Below are positions 1 through 12,100 of a stretch of 64,000 bases of DNA, piece by piece. The stretch lies in the NCBI GenBank assembly GCA_028534125.1, contig CM052817.1, positions 108,688,001-108,752,000 of the forward strand. The letters are read 5' to 3'. Below the pieces are notes generated by a model, which made no database searches, was not told the origin of the DNA, and was given only the letters and a program-made list of their open reading frames with translations. Position 1 is the stretch's first letter, and every line of letters starts with the position of its first letter. A program made the position numbers and the translations under genes. The stretch is from Lama glama (lineage: Eukaryota).

Positions 1-68
1 CTTTAAGGATTCTTAATAGTAAAAATATTTTCTAATAGTATGACTGGGATGCTGAAAAAATTATTTTA

Positions 69-216
69 GAGGGGATGGTAGAGCTCAGTGGTAGATCTCA
101 TGCTTAGCATACATGAGGTCCTGGGTTCAGTCCCCAGTACCTCCGTTACAATGAATAAATAAACCTAATTACCTACCCCTCAAAACTAAAACTAAGTAAA
201 AAATTTTAAGAAGAAG
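69..216 (+). mobile_element. tRNA-Ala-derived camelid SINE (Vic-1 type)
   Basis: Head GGGGATGGTAGAGCTCAGTGGTAGA...GCTTAGCAT...GGGTTCAGTCCCCAGTACCTCC with Pol III A/B boxes; tail AATAAATAAACCTAATTACC; TSD AAAAATTATTTTA at 56-68 and 217-229. Confidence 0.9.
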
Positions 217-873
217 AAAAATTATTTTACTACAGGGTCCTTCCTGAATCCCCTTGAGGGTGACTCATCTTAACTTACTTTTTACTTTATGTCTGAGACA
301 ACCTAGTTCCCAAGGTGTGCTACTCCCTGAAAATATATGTGCCTTTATTCCTTTCCAAAGGACACACAAGAAGTGAGTCAGCAGTCAAAGAACCAAAATA
401 CACACGTATTCCTAATGGACATTGTAATCCCTACAGACAAATTTACTGAGAAGTCTGTCCCCAGTTCCTTTCTGCAGTGTTGTTATAAGTAAAATCATTC
501 TCAGCAGATGTAGAATCACATTATTGTTGAAATAATCAGGTAAAAAGGAAAAGAAGTAGGAAGAGTAGATTTTATTTTCTCTCAGAATGTAACTCTTCAG
601 TCTCAACTCTGATCCTCCTGATGAAAGATCATCTTAACTTAATTTGATAAAACTAGACAGAATCTTGGAATTATCTCCCATAAAATTACCCTCAAGGCCT
701 CTTTGAACCTGATGTAGTTTATACTGTATTCATTTCTTTGGGTACCTATCTCTTCACTAAAGGTAATATATTCCTGATCTTTCAGACATGTGACATCAGT
801 AATATCTTATCCAATTTTTTCTCCTAAAAGATTATGAAATTTGGCATTTAACTATTTAGAATCTTAGATTTAA

Positions 874-973
874 NNNNNNNNNNNNNNNNNNNNNNNNNNN
901 NNNNNNNNNNNNNNNNNNNNNNNNNNNNNNNNNNNNNNNNNNNNNNNNNNNNNNNNNNNNNNNNNNNNNNNNN
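874..973. other. Assembly gap (100 N)
   Basis: Run of exactly 100 N. Confidence 1.
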
Positions 974-1038
974 ATACTACCTTATTGATAAATTAGCTCA
1001 TTAAGCATGTATGTTAAGCTAGGATTAGAATGTGTTAC

Positions 1039-1200
1039 GGGGGGACGGTCTAGCTTAAGTGGTAGAGTGCATCCTTAACATACACAAGGTCCTGGGTTTA
1101 ATCCCCAGTACCTCCTCTAAAAACAAATAAATAAGTAAAACTTAATTATCTCCTCCTCCAAAATAAAAAATAAATTAAAAAAATTTTTTCAGAAAAAAAA
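1039..1200 (+). mobile_element. Vic-1-type SINE
   Basis: GGGGGGACGGTCTAGCTTAAGTGGTAGAGTGC...GGTCCTGGGTTTAATCCCCAGTACCTCC, A-rich tail; GTGTTA on both flanks. Confidence 0.9.
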
Positions 1201-1608
1201 AAGTGTTATGGGCAGCTGAACACTCTCCAGCTGCTCCTGCCCCACCCTGTGGGTGACCTCAACCAGCACTGGCTCCCCTCCAAGCAGCACCCCCTCAGGG
1301 GAACCAGCCTTTCACACCTGCACACTGAGAACAGTCATAACCAGGCTTTGCAGGCAGTTGTGCTGGGGGCCAGCACCCACTGACCAGCATGCCCACAACA
1401 ATCATGGCCCAAGGACATCAGGAGGGTGTACATGCAGCCCCAAAAGGGGATATCCCCAGAGTACCTGGCTCTGGTAACCAGGGAGGACTGCATCACTGAG
1501 ATGTACAGGACACCTTTACATAAGGCCACTCTTTAAAGACAGGAAGACATAGCTAATACACTGAATGGATAGAAACAAAGTACTGTTAAACAAGGAGATT
1601 TAGGCAAA

Positions 1609-2480
1609 GTGAGAAGACACAATACCTTCCAAATGAAAGAGCAAGGCAAAACCTCAGGAAAATAACTAAGCAATTCAGAGATAAACAATTCACCAGATAA
1701 AAAGTTAAAGCAAAAATGATGCTTACCAAATTGCAAAGAAAAACAGGTGAACTCTTCAACAAAGAGATAGAAAATGTTAAAAAAAAATCAGACTGAAGAA
1801 TACAAAATCTGAAATGGAACTAGACAGACTTGACAGGAGATTTGAAAATGCAGAACAGAACATCAGTCTGGAAGAGAGAGTAGTGCAACTCACTCAATCA
1901 GAATTGAAAAAAATAAAATTAAAAATTGAGGGTAGTGTAAGGGACCTCTAGGACAACATCAAGTTTACTAACTTTCACATTATAGGGCTCCCAGAGGGAG
2001 GAGAGAGAGAGAAAGGGACAGAAAAAACTATTTGAAGAAGTAATGGCTAAAACCTTGCCTAATGAGTCAGAGGAAACAGACATCCAGATCCAGGAAGCAC
2101 AGAAACTCCCAAACAAGATAAACTCAAAGAGATCTACACCAAGACACATTATAACTAAAATGTCAAAAGTTAAAGATAGGAAAAATCTTAAAAGCAGCAA
2201 GAGAAAAATAACTGGTTACTTAAAAGGGAAACCCTATAAGACTGTCAACTGATTTTTCAGCAGAAACTTTATAGGCCAAAGGGATTAGCATGATATATTC
2301 ACAATAAAGTACTAAAAAGTAAAAAAAAAAAAAAGTACTTACAACCAAGAATACTCTACACTTCAAGGTTATATTCAGAACTGAAGGAGAGACAGAGTTT
2401 CATACACAAGCAAAAGTTTAAAAAGTTCATCACCAGTAGACTAGCCTTACAAGAAATGTCAAAAGGACTTTTAACAGAAA
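1609..2480 (+). pseudogene. L1 ORF1p remnant (frameshifted, with stops)
   Basis: ORF 2043-2252 translates to the ORF1p RRM region; downstream CTGATTTTTCAGCAGAAACTT matches the ADFSAET motif; boundaries approximate. Confidence 0.85.
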
Positions 2481-2953
2481 AGAAAAGGCTATAACTAGAA
2501 ACCAAAAAATTATGAAGGGAAAATTCTAGCTGGTAGAGACAAACATGTATTAGAGATAGTGGGTCGACTACTATAAAGTCAGAATGAAGGTCAAAAATTA
2601 AAAGTAGTGAAATCGTCTATAGTTAAAATAACGAGTTAGGCAATACACAAAATAAACAGATGTAACATATGCCATCAAAATCATAAAACACAGCAGGGAG
2701 TAAAACTGTAGTGCTTTTAGGATACTCTGGAACATAAGTGACCATCAACTTAAAACAGACTGTGATATATGTAGGATGTTACATATGAATCGCGTGGTAA
2801 CTGCAAACTGAAAACATACAATAGATACACAAAAATAAAGAGAAATGAATACAAACATAGGAGTAAAGAAAGTCATCAAATCACATGGCAAGAGAGCAAG
2901 AGCAGAAAGGAACAGAGAAAAACTACAAAAACAACCAGAAGACAATTAACAAA

Positions 2954-3310
2954 ATGGCAGTAAGTACACACCTATTCATAATTACTGCAAATGTAAATGG
3001 GACAAATGCTCCAAGTAAAAGACTTAGGACGTCTGACTGTATAAAAATAACTGCACTCATGTATGTGCTGCCTGCAAGAGACTCGCTTAGATCCAAAGCC
3101 TGGGTAGTGATACTTAGACAAAACAGACCTTAAAACAAAGACCGTTAGAAGAGAAAAGGAAAACATTACATAATGACGAAGAGACCAATCCAACAAGAGG
3201 ACGTAACACTTGTAAATATTCATGCACTCAACACAGGAGCTCCTAAATGCATAAAGCAAATATTAAGAGACATAAAGGCAGACACTGATAATACAGTAAT
3301 AGTAAGGGAC
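2954..3310 (+). pseudogene. L1 ORF2 endonuclease N-terminal remnant
   Basis: ATG at 2954, ITANVNG motif, CTGCCTGCAAGAGACTC (CLQET), AATATTCATGCACTCAACACAGGAGCTCCT (NIxAPNTGAP-like), ends at AATACAGTAATAGTAAGGGAC (NTxIVGD-like). Confidence 0.85.
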
Positions 3311-3855
3311 AAATTCCAGTGCAGTAAATGAGCCACAGGGATGTAAGGTACAGCACAAGGTGCACAGTCAATATCACAAGAACTTTATATCGTGGTGGAT
3401 GGTGGCTGACTTATTGTGAGCATCAATTCACAATGTATGTAAATATCAAATCACGCTGTTGCACACGAGAAACTAATATTATATGTCAAGCATACTTAAA
3501 AAAAAAGTTTGTAGCTGGAGCATCATAGAAAGATGCTGGGCATGACATATGCCCATTATAGAGCAAGTCATGCTAGGAATTCACTATAAGATAATACAGT
3601 TAAAACATTTTAAAAATTAGATTATTACATTGGTGAGTTGAGTGAATATAGAATGCTAAAATTTTTCAGTACTCTGCAAATTCTATGCATTGATAAATTG
3701 TGTGTTTATATTTCAAAAACTAATTTTTGAAATGTCAGAAGAGTGTTAAAACATCCCCAGCCTCTCTAGACAGACACCCCATCTTTCTTTTCTGTAGCCC
3801 CCTGGGTCCCCCACTTCTTTCTCTTTCTCCTGTGTTTCTATTTTCCTTTGTCTAT

Positions 3856-3856
<1 letters not shown>

Positions 3857-3889
<33 letters not shown>
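3857..3889. repeat. (CA)n microsatellite
   Basis: Perfect CA dinucleotide run. Confidence 0.95.
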
Positions 3890-3893
<4 letters not shown>

Positions 3894-4682
3894 TCTCTGA
3901 GGCAGGCTGGCTGGCATATGCAAAGATGGATTTCCACTGTGCTTCATGGAAAACCTCTTTATGCCACATAGGATTTAGGACCCTACCCCTTGAGTGGCTC
4001 TGAATGAGGCCCAGATCTTGGTGTCACATAGGTTCAAAGCTCTGTGTGCAGCTTCCCAAGGTCATCAGTGTTTCCAATCTCTTCTGTATTCCATTCTCTA
4101 CATAGTTGTCAAAGCGCCCAGGTGAAAGAATGCGGCGGCTGTGCTCAGCCCTGGATTCTCCATAAAAATATTTAACCATGTGCTCAGTGCAGATGAAAAC
4201 AAGAAGCTCTGGCAGCTATTGGGAAGCAAGTTGAAATGAGGCAGATCATAACTTTTAAAGAGTCCCTGGGACGCAGCCCTGAACAATGAGGCATACAACT
4301 GGGTGGTTGGAAACCACAGCCACAGGGGAACCTCTTCGCGTTAAGGGAGCTTGTTCGTCTTTCTGAGCAAAGGCTTCAGGCTGTCTGGGTTTCCTAAAGA
4401 AGAGAAACGTAAGTCTGCTCTTCAGATGGTAGAGGGAATGCTAAGTGAAGAGCGCATTGCATGTTTCCTACTTTGTATCAGGTAAAGGTGCCATGTTTTT
4501 AACTATGTCTCTAGATCTTAATGATCAGGCGCATTTTCTCCTCAACTAAAGCACAACAGCAAATAGCCTAAGACAAATCTGTCTGTGTCCGTGAGACGCG
4601 TAGAGAACGCATGCACGCACAGTAATGTCTAATACGGGGGGAAGGACAGAGGGGCTGGTCAGTCTACCGAAGTGAATGCTGT

Positions 4683-4812
4683 ATTTTTGTAATTGCAGTC
4701 CCGTCAGTTACAATGTGTCAGTTTCTGGTGTGCAGCACCATGTCCCAGTCACGTGCATACATACATATATTCATTTTCATATTCTTTGTCATTAAAGGTT
4801 ATTACAAGATAC
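4683..4812 (-). mobile_element. Short L1 3'-end fragment (camelid/artiodactyl type)
   Basis: Reverse complement of GGGACAT..TGCTG.ACACCAGAAACTGACACATTGTAACTGAC, the same 3' end as the copy ending at ~36095. Confidence 0.85.
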
Positions 4813-6129
4813 TGGCGGAAAGGGGGTAGGAAGGAATATTTTAGATAATAAAAATGAGCCTCTTCAAGTATGAAGAATTTTGGAAATAAGTTTTCCTTTT
4901 TATAACCGAAGTATGCTGTACATCACCACATTCAAAAGAGTGTTTAATATCATTTAAAATTTTCTTAATGACAGGTTGGTGTTAAAACCCATTTCGATGG
5001 CTAGAAATAGCTCTCAGTGCACTTTGGTGTCCTCCACTGCTGCTCAGCATCAGTGATCTCGCTGTAACATCCACATTGTCACTAGCACCACTGTGCTCAC
5101 TGCTGGCCACCCTCCCCGCCTCCCTCCATTTCATCCTCCTCTTAGTTATGGGATGATAAACAAGGTCATTTAGCTAGTGCAACTGTCATTTAAGGAAACT
5201 TTCAAATCACAAATAATAAAACAGGCTAGTCATCCCAAAGGCAGCTTCCCCCCACTCCCCAACATACTGCCTATAAAATTCCAAAAAAATGCGACACCCA
5301 GTGTGAAAACTAGGTTAGTCAATCCAGAAAAGGTTCCAGGTACCTCAAGGCAGACTGGATGGAACCGAACACACGCAGAGGAAGGAGGGACCCCTTTGCC
5401 TGTCTTTTCAGCTCTGCCCACTGGATCGGCTACACAGGGCACAAGTCAGCCAGAAACTCAGCAGCTGCCCTGCTGTCCAATAGATGTCATGTTTGTCTTA
5501 ATTCAGAATGTCCTCCTTAAATTCAATCCCAGCCTCCACTCCAATTCCCCAACACACATGCTCTTAAACATCTTCTTCCTCTTTGAGAGGTCAAAGCTTA
5601 AAGGAGACATCTAGGTGAGAAGAGTGAAATGGGTTAGAGGAAGATGACTCAGAGTGCTTGATGTCATCTTGGAATATGTTGGCCCTCAGTTAACAATTGT
5701 AGATAGAAGAAGAAGATTTAAAAATCCCAAAACATGGCAGTGATACTTTGTATATATTCCACTGTTTTGCAGCCTGATGGCTAGGTGGCAGACACGATTT
5801 TAGTGCCCTGAGAACCGGGCGAGGGGCTGAGCACAAGGACGCGACAGCGCTGGAATAAACCCACGTGACATCAGTGAATCGAGTGCAGGAGCTGTCCAGA
5901 CAGCTAGACGGTGGGAAACACTAGTTCTGGAGAGATCTCTGCTCATTCAGAGAAGAGTGAGAAGTGGAAAACCATGTGGTCTTGAAAATTATTGCAGAGC
6001 AAGAAAAAGAGAACCTCTTTCTGAGGCTATGTAGCCGAGAAGCCAGGAGAATTTCTAGGAAAAGTACAGCTGTCTCAGAAAAACACAAAATCGTTGAACT
6101 CAAAGCCCACGTAAAACAGGTACAAAGAA

Positions 6130-7160
6130 CTTTTAAAAATGCTATTTTTTAAAGATCTTATGTTTTGAAGATCCTCAACCTATTAAAAGATCACAGTATC
6201 AAGAATAAAATGTGTGTTGAAGGTAATAAACAGTAACACCAAGAATGAAAATACAATCCTGATGTGAAGGGCAGGCAGGATAAATCTCTGAACAACACAG
6301 AAGACAAGGGGCCCAAGGAAAGGAAAGCAGTGCGTGAACATCCCTAAATGGGAAAGACAGAAGGTGGAACCGGAAGTGGACAGAGTTGCTGTGGAAGAAA
6401 GCGCAGCATGAAAAGCAGAGGCGGAAACGAGAGATCTGATGAAGTCCAAAGTTCCTGCTCTAATAAATGACCGACGTAGACGAGAAAGGCTTGGTAGTCT
6501 TTGACCATAAAAATCAGAGACACTATATGTTCAGAAAGCGTGGTGTTAGAATGATAAAGAAAAAAATACTAGAANNNNNNNNNNNNNNNNNNNNNNNNNN
6601 NNNNNNNNNNNNNNNNNNNNNNNNNNNNNNNNNNNNNNNNNNNNNNNNNNNNNNNNNNNNNNNNNNNNNNNNNNNNNNNNNNNNNNNNNNNNNNNNNNNN
6701 NNNNNNNNNNNNNNNNNNNNNNNNNNNNNNNNNNNNNNNNNNNNNNNNNNNNNNNNNNNNNNNNNNNNNNNNNNNNNNNNNNNNNNNNNNNNNNNNNNNN
6801 NNNNNNNNNNNNNNNNNNNNNNNNNNNNNNNNNNNNNNNNNNNNNNNNNNNNNNNNNNNNNNNNNNNNNNNNNNNNNNNNNNNNNNNNNNNNNNNNNNNN
6901 NNNNNNNNNNNNNNNNNNNNNNNNNNNNNNNNNNNNNNNNNNNNNNNNNNNNNNNNNNNNNNNNNNNNNNNNNNNNNNNNNNNNNNNNNNNNNNNNNNNN
7001 NNNNNNNNNNNNNNNNNNNNNNNNNNNNNNNNNNNNNNNNNNNNNNNNNNNNNNNNNNNNNNNNNNNNNNNNNNCAACAGGCAACTTCTGAAAAAAATCC
7101 AGGAATAAAACAGCTTTGAGGTGTGAGGTCACAATAACCTGATTTAGTGCAGAAGGTAAG
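6130..7160 (+). mobile_element. Ancient ORF1-like LINE remnant (HAL1/old L1M), spanning a gap
   Basis: Strongly A/G-skewed sequence with decayed ORF1-like layout (…GATAAAGAAAAAAATACTAGAA / CAACAGGCAACTT…); highly diverged, family uncertain. Confidence 0.4.
6575..7074. other. Assembly gap (500 N)
   Basis: Run of exactly 500 N. Confidence 1.
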
Positions 7161-7544
7161 CAATCCAACCAGGGACCTGTTTCTGACACTCCACGTTCTG
7201 GTTTTCAGATCAGAAAGGTACTTTCCTTTTCAGACACCTCCACACGCATGCCGTGGGGTGTTTTGGATTCTGTCACAGGACCGAGGTAACCGTGTCCGGG
7301 CGGTTACCCATGACTTCATCCAGAGAACCAGTGACAGCGGGGAGATTTACTATTCTTATGTAATGATTTGCCACATACACGTGGAATTCAGCATCCCAGG
7401 CTGCTCTGATGTTCCTTGTAGGCTCTTTTGTTCTGAATGCAGAGAGCAGAAGAGTTAAGAGATTTTAAGATCATGTAAAAACAATCCTAATGACTTCCAG
7501 GACATGAAGACATCATCTCAGCAGGGACTGATGAATGTGTGATG

Positions 7545-7720
7545 GAGCCTGAAGACCTGGGTTCTGGGCTCAGCTGCGTCACTTCCTCATGACGTGTATG
7601 GATGATGCCCTCTCTGAGCCTATGCTGCCTTGTTGTCACCATGAGGACAGTAATCATTGTCTTACTCAAGTACAGGTTGTTGTGAATAGTGAATAATAAT
7701 AATAAATTATAATATAAATA
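7545..7720 (+). mobile_element. MIR SINE
   Basis: GAAGACCTGGGTTCTGG...CCCTCTCTGAGCCT...CATGAGGACAGTAAT...GGTTGTTGTGAATA resembles the MIR core. Confidence 0.65.
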
Positions 7721-8651
7721 ATAAAACATTTTAAACAAGTAATAGAACAGTGGTAAAATGCTAAGAAGAGTTTGCACATTTTTATGCAGATAAAATAAGA
7801 GTTCACTGCAGACCATGCAGGAAGAGAAAGGAAACACTACAATTCCAAGTTGAATTATAAAGCCAACATGTAACTGGTAGAGTGAGGCATGCACAAAAGA
7901 CAGCATAGACATGAAACATTTCTAGGGCTGGAAGCGAGACAATCCTGCCAACTGAGCTTGTTTCAAGTCGGTCAAGAGAAGTTCCTCTCCCGATGTTCCA
8001 ACAGAGAATGTGTTTTGCACCCGAAGGCTGGGGTCTTAGGCTGCGTGTCGCACAAGCAGACCTTGAGATAAGACGTCATGTCATGCCCTAGCCACCTGCT
8101 AGGAAAAGTTCCCTGACCAAAGGGAGTGGTCATGTAGGGAAGGGGTGAGGCAAAGATGTGCTGTCAAGTCAGGACCCTCCTGAGGGTCCCTGTGGCGGAA
8201 TTCCTCAGCAGAGATCGTGGGATCCAGGAGGTCACCCTGGGGACTAGGGGTGGAGGACCGGCGGTGGGGGGAAGTAAGAGAACTGGGCTGTCGGAGCATC
8301 GAGGATGGTGCCGGGGATACACCACCTGCCACACACATCTGATAAACGGATTCAGACCCTATTTGTACCCTGGTGGTAGAGACGAACAGACATTCCTGAA
8401 TATTCCTCCGTTCAGCCCTCCGAACGTTCTAAGAAATATGCACAGACATCTTATGATGACCCCGTTCTGAGGGCGGCTCTAAGGGTCCCTCGAAAGGATG
8501 TCCTGAGGGTGAGAAGAGGGGGCGGGGAGGACGGAATTCCCGTGGGATGAATAACAACAAGGCTGATCATTCCGGTGCCTCCAGGGCTTCACTTGCTTCT
8601 AGGCACAGGTTACTGAAGACAAGCCAAGCAGGGAATGACCTTCACATGCTC

Positions 8652-8725
8652 CCTGGGTTTCAAATTGCGGTTCCATCCTCCGTTGCTGTGTGACCCCGGG
8701 CAAATTCCCCAGTCTCTCTGTGCCG
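8652..8725 (+). mobile_element. MIR fragment
   Basis: CTGGGTTTCAAAT...GCTGTGTGACCCCGGGCAAATT...CTCTCTGTGCC. Confidence 0.55.
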
Positions 8726-8869
8726 CGGGGATGCCTGCGTCACAGCGCATTTGCTTCTGTGGAGGCTAAGTGAGGCGAGGCATTCAAAAAGGAAACAAAA
8801 ACAGAAACAAAAAACCCCCACACATATGAAAATGCCGTTTAACATCCTGACTGGGATCTACAGCAAGGT

Positions 8870-9520
8870 GGGGTCCGGGGGCTGGAGGGCCCCTTCTCGC
8901 TGGCGGCCCTGGAATGGGCTCCCAGTTCCTGAAGTGCGTGCACCGTGGTGCCCAGACGCAGGGCACGCTTGCGGCGCAGAGAGCAGAGCCCAGCTTTCAC
9001 GCCTACAGGAGGCGCGGGGTCAGAATCCTTGCGGTGGAAGGGCGGAGGCAGGATGCTGCAGTCACCGCCTCTTCACCCCACGGTGCGGGGTGGCTGACCC
9101 CACAACGCTGGCCCTGGGCAGAGGAAGGACGCCCGCCGCAGGTTGCCGGTCGCTTAAGCCCTCAGGGCAGGGAGGAGGCCCCGCACACTCCGGAGCGGAG
9201 GGGACCCCCAGAGGCCGCGGGAGGACGGGACGCCCGGCTCCCTGGGAGGATGCGCTAGGCTTGTTAGAAGGATTCTGCAGGCTGGCAGGAGCTGAGCCTG
9301 CTCCCCAGGGAGAAGCCCAGACTGCATCCGGTCCCTTCGATGCGCTGGGTGGTTTGGCGGAGGCGTACCTGCCGGAGCCGGTGGGGAGGGGCTGCAGTGA
9401 GACCACCGAGGCCCTCCGGTATCAGTCCCCGCGGCACACAGTCCTGGGGCTGAGAGGGGGCTCCGGGCCACGGTAAAGAGAGACTAGGGGAAACCGCCCT
9501 TCTGCTGGAGGCGTCTCACA
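8870..9520. promoter_or_regulatory. CpG-island-like block
   Basis: Visibly very GC-rich with many unmutated CpGs over >600 bp, no repeat signature; GC box GGGCGG at 9040-9045. Confidence 0.65.
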
Positions 9521-10899
9521 GACAATTGTAGGAGAGCAGAGTGAAGCCCTGGCTTGTGTCTGTCCTCCGAAATGCCCAGGGACCCCCACTCCGGGGGCAA
9601 CACAGGATTCCCAGAAAGTGAAAGCAAAATGGTGCTGAGACAGCTCCCGGGTTGGCCGGGGTCATGATGGGGGTGTCTGTGGGGACTGCGGTCACACTGA
9701 CCCGTGATTGGTGACCTTGCTTTTCCAAGTCCGTAGTCTGCTTTCCAGTTTTGCCAGCACCCAGAAGCTCAGAACCCAGTCTTGGGCCATTTGCTAAAGC
9801 AGATCCGGGTCAGCAGGCCTTCGACTCCCACCGCCAGGTCCTGCACTTTTGTACCCATGTAAGACCATTGTTAGTTAAGTCAGCACGGACCGGCTACCTT
9901 TCCTATCTGGTATTTTTTTCGCTAGGTCAAATATTTTCACTTCTTTTTTGGTAGCTTTGCAGCTTACACAGCAGGAAGCAAATCTTTTAGAAAATGAATT
10001 ACCCGAATTTTTCCATTTTGGATTTTCACCGAATTTACTTGAAGTCAGATTTTATTCTTCAACGGAGTTTTAAGCTTTCAAATATGCATCTTTGGCCCCG
10101 TGTTGGAAAACTGTCTTCCAAGAACACCACTCACGTTTCCTGGAAATGGATCTGTGATTGCTTTGAAGCAAACAAGAAGGAAAATGCACCGCAGAACATG
10201 ACTCTGATTGTTATTCTCATTAAAAATGTTCAGATAGAGGGAGAGAGGGTGCACAGACTTAAGGTCAGAATAATATTTCATGCAGATTTATACAATTATT
10301 TCAAAAATGTTCTAGAAAAGCCTACAGGTGTCTCCAGGCTGTAGATAATACCTTTGAATGTATTGAATAGCAGATGGAGAAGGAGGGAGAGATGGACAGA
10401 GAAAGTAGCCATTCTAAAGCACTGATGTCAGAGAAAGTTCAGCTTAGAGTCAGAAAACAATGTGGGTTTTCTGGTGTCTCTTTTTACTCTTTTACCTCTT
10501 GAGGTAAAGCCATTATTTACCTTTTCTGCCTAATTGCCAAGGAGACTTTTTCACATTTATTTGACTCATTGGCTTTTTTTTAAACTTCTCAGAAATTCTG
10601 AAGTGGTGACCTCTGTGGTGGAGAGCTGACCCACTGTGTAATTACTTGATCTATTTTGACCTTTCCTCCAGTTCTTTCCTGAGGATGTGGTGAGGATGTG
10701 CTGTTTAGAAGTCCCAACCTCTCGTCCATCTCTGCGTGGTGATGGTACCTCATGTGGCCTCAGGTGCTGCCCCCTCTCCTGCGCTCACACTGTGAATCAC
10801 TGACATTGCATAACCCCTTTGCATGTCTGTTTTATTTGTCTTACACTAATTTGTGAATTATAGCATAGTGCTAAACCAGCTCTTTTTGTCCCATTTGTA

Positions 10900-12100
10900 C
10901 ATTTTAGCATTAAGTGCCTGGAGCAAGGAGTTAAAGCAGATGGTCCAAGATCCCATGACTCCCTTTTATGGATGGTGAGTGTGCTCCTGGGAGACAGAGA
11001 AGCAGGTGGCTGATGCTCTCTAATCTTCTAGTCAACTTGGCCTCTGTGTAAGAAGTTAATGTTATTTGCTGGAAAGAAAATATCTTGACTCTGAGCTGCC
11101 TCTCGCAAGACTCCCATAGCCAAGGGTTTCCTAGAAAAGTAGAACCCAGGAACCAGAAGACATAGCTTCCTGAGTAACATAGGCAACACCACTCCTGGAG
11201 TTATTACTCATTCTAGAAGTTCCAGCTAAATGAGAAGCCCCAAGAAACTCACTTAGAGAATTCATCTATACTGAGCCAGAATCTGGGAGCTGCCATTGAT
11301 GGCCCAGATGTCTCTCTGTTGATGTCTGAGCTGTATGCTTGCTAGCATCCTTGGAATCACCTAGTAAATTTTGATAAGAGGTACAATCTCTGATTCCTGT
11401 GAGTCTGCTTTGACAAGCAGGTTCTGTAGGTTAGTTCCATACCCTTGGCTATTCCATTAAAGATGGCAGCAGACATGGCCTACAAGGAGGTGCAGTCAGG
11501 GTTTCTCGGAGTCTTGTGTAGGGACTAGAATGCATTTCATCTACATCTCATAAGATCCTGGCTGTTTAATATGTATGGCTTCTGTATCCACCTTCTGAAT
11601 GTATAATGTTGGAGAGCAGTTTGTTAAAATGGGACTCTTATGGCCTCATTGTTGAATGAGGCATATAGATAACCAACAAAATCATCATGGTGGGTGTCAC
11701 TGCATTCCAAAATGATGCGCCAGACCTGCAGACAAGACTTGAAAAAGAGGTGAAGAAACCTGGCTGGGGACCTTTGACCTGTCTCTGATTAAGAGAACAT
11801 CAGGTTGGAGTTGAATGGCTGAGGGAATTGGAGATCAAATCTTTCTTTAGAGAGTACTGAGTGCTGTGAATTCCCATGGGAAAGGAAATAAGTCTTCCCT
11901 AGCTCAAGCCTTGTGGGAGGCTTTGCAGAGACTAGGCAGAGTCTGGGCACCCACTGCAGAGGCCCGAAGCCACAGAGGACTGGGAGAGAGATTGGCTGGG
12001 TGGTCAGAAGTCACATCAGAAATGTCTCAGACCGCACGTAGCCTGGGTGCAGACAGAGAGCTTGCTTGTGGCCACATGCACCTTCCAAAGGGTTGACTGG
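10900..12100 (+). mobile_element. Possible degraded ERVL-class internal sequence
   Basis: Weak resemblance to ERVL pol-region sequence near 11430-11670; lies just upstream of an LTR16-like element. Confidence 0.3.

Larger units (their letters stand above)
1210..3507 (+). mobile_element. Decayed LINE-1 (5' UTR part, ORF1, inter-ORF, start of ORF2, then 3' UTR end); most of ORF2 missing
   Basis: ORF1 peptide ETDIQIQEAQKLPNKINSKRSTPRHII; ORF2 N-terminus MAVSTHLFIITANVNG at 2954; 3' end ...TCACGCTGTTGCACACGAGAAACTAATATT...CATACTTAAAAAAAAA. Confidence 0.9.

Noticed and set aside
6467..7189. Long ORFs spanning N runs (also at 22564-23159 and 54851-55577)
   Set aside because: Artefacts of translating assembly gaps
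8751..9476. 241-aa ORF and overlapping ORFs in the GC-rich block
   Set aside because: Starts at a non-ATG codon, has low-complexity G/P/R/A composition and no recognisable domain; long ORFs on both strands are expected from GC content
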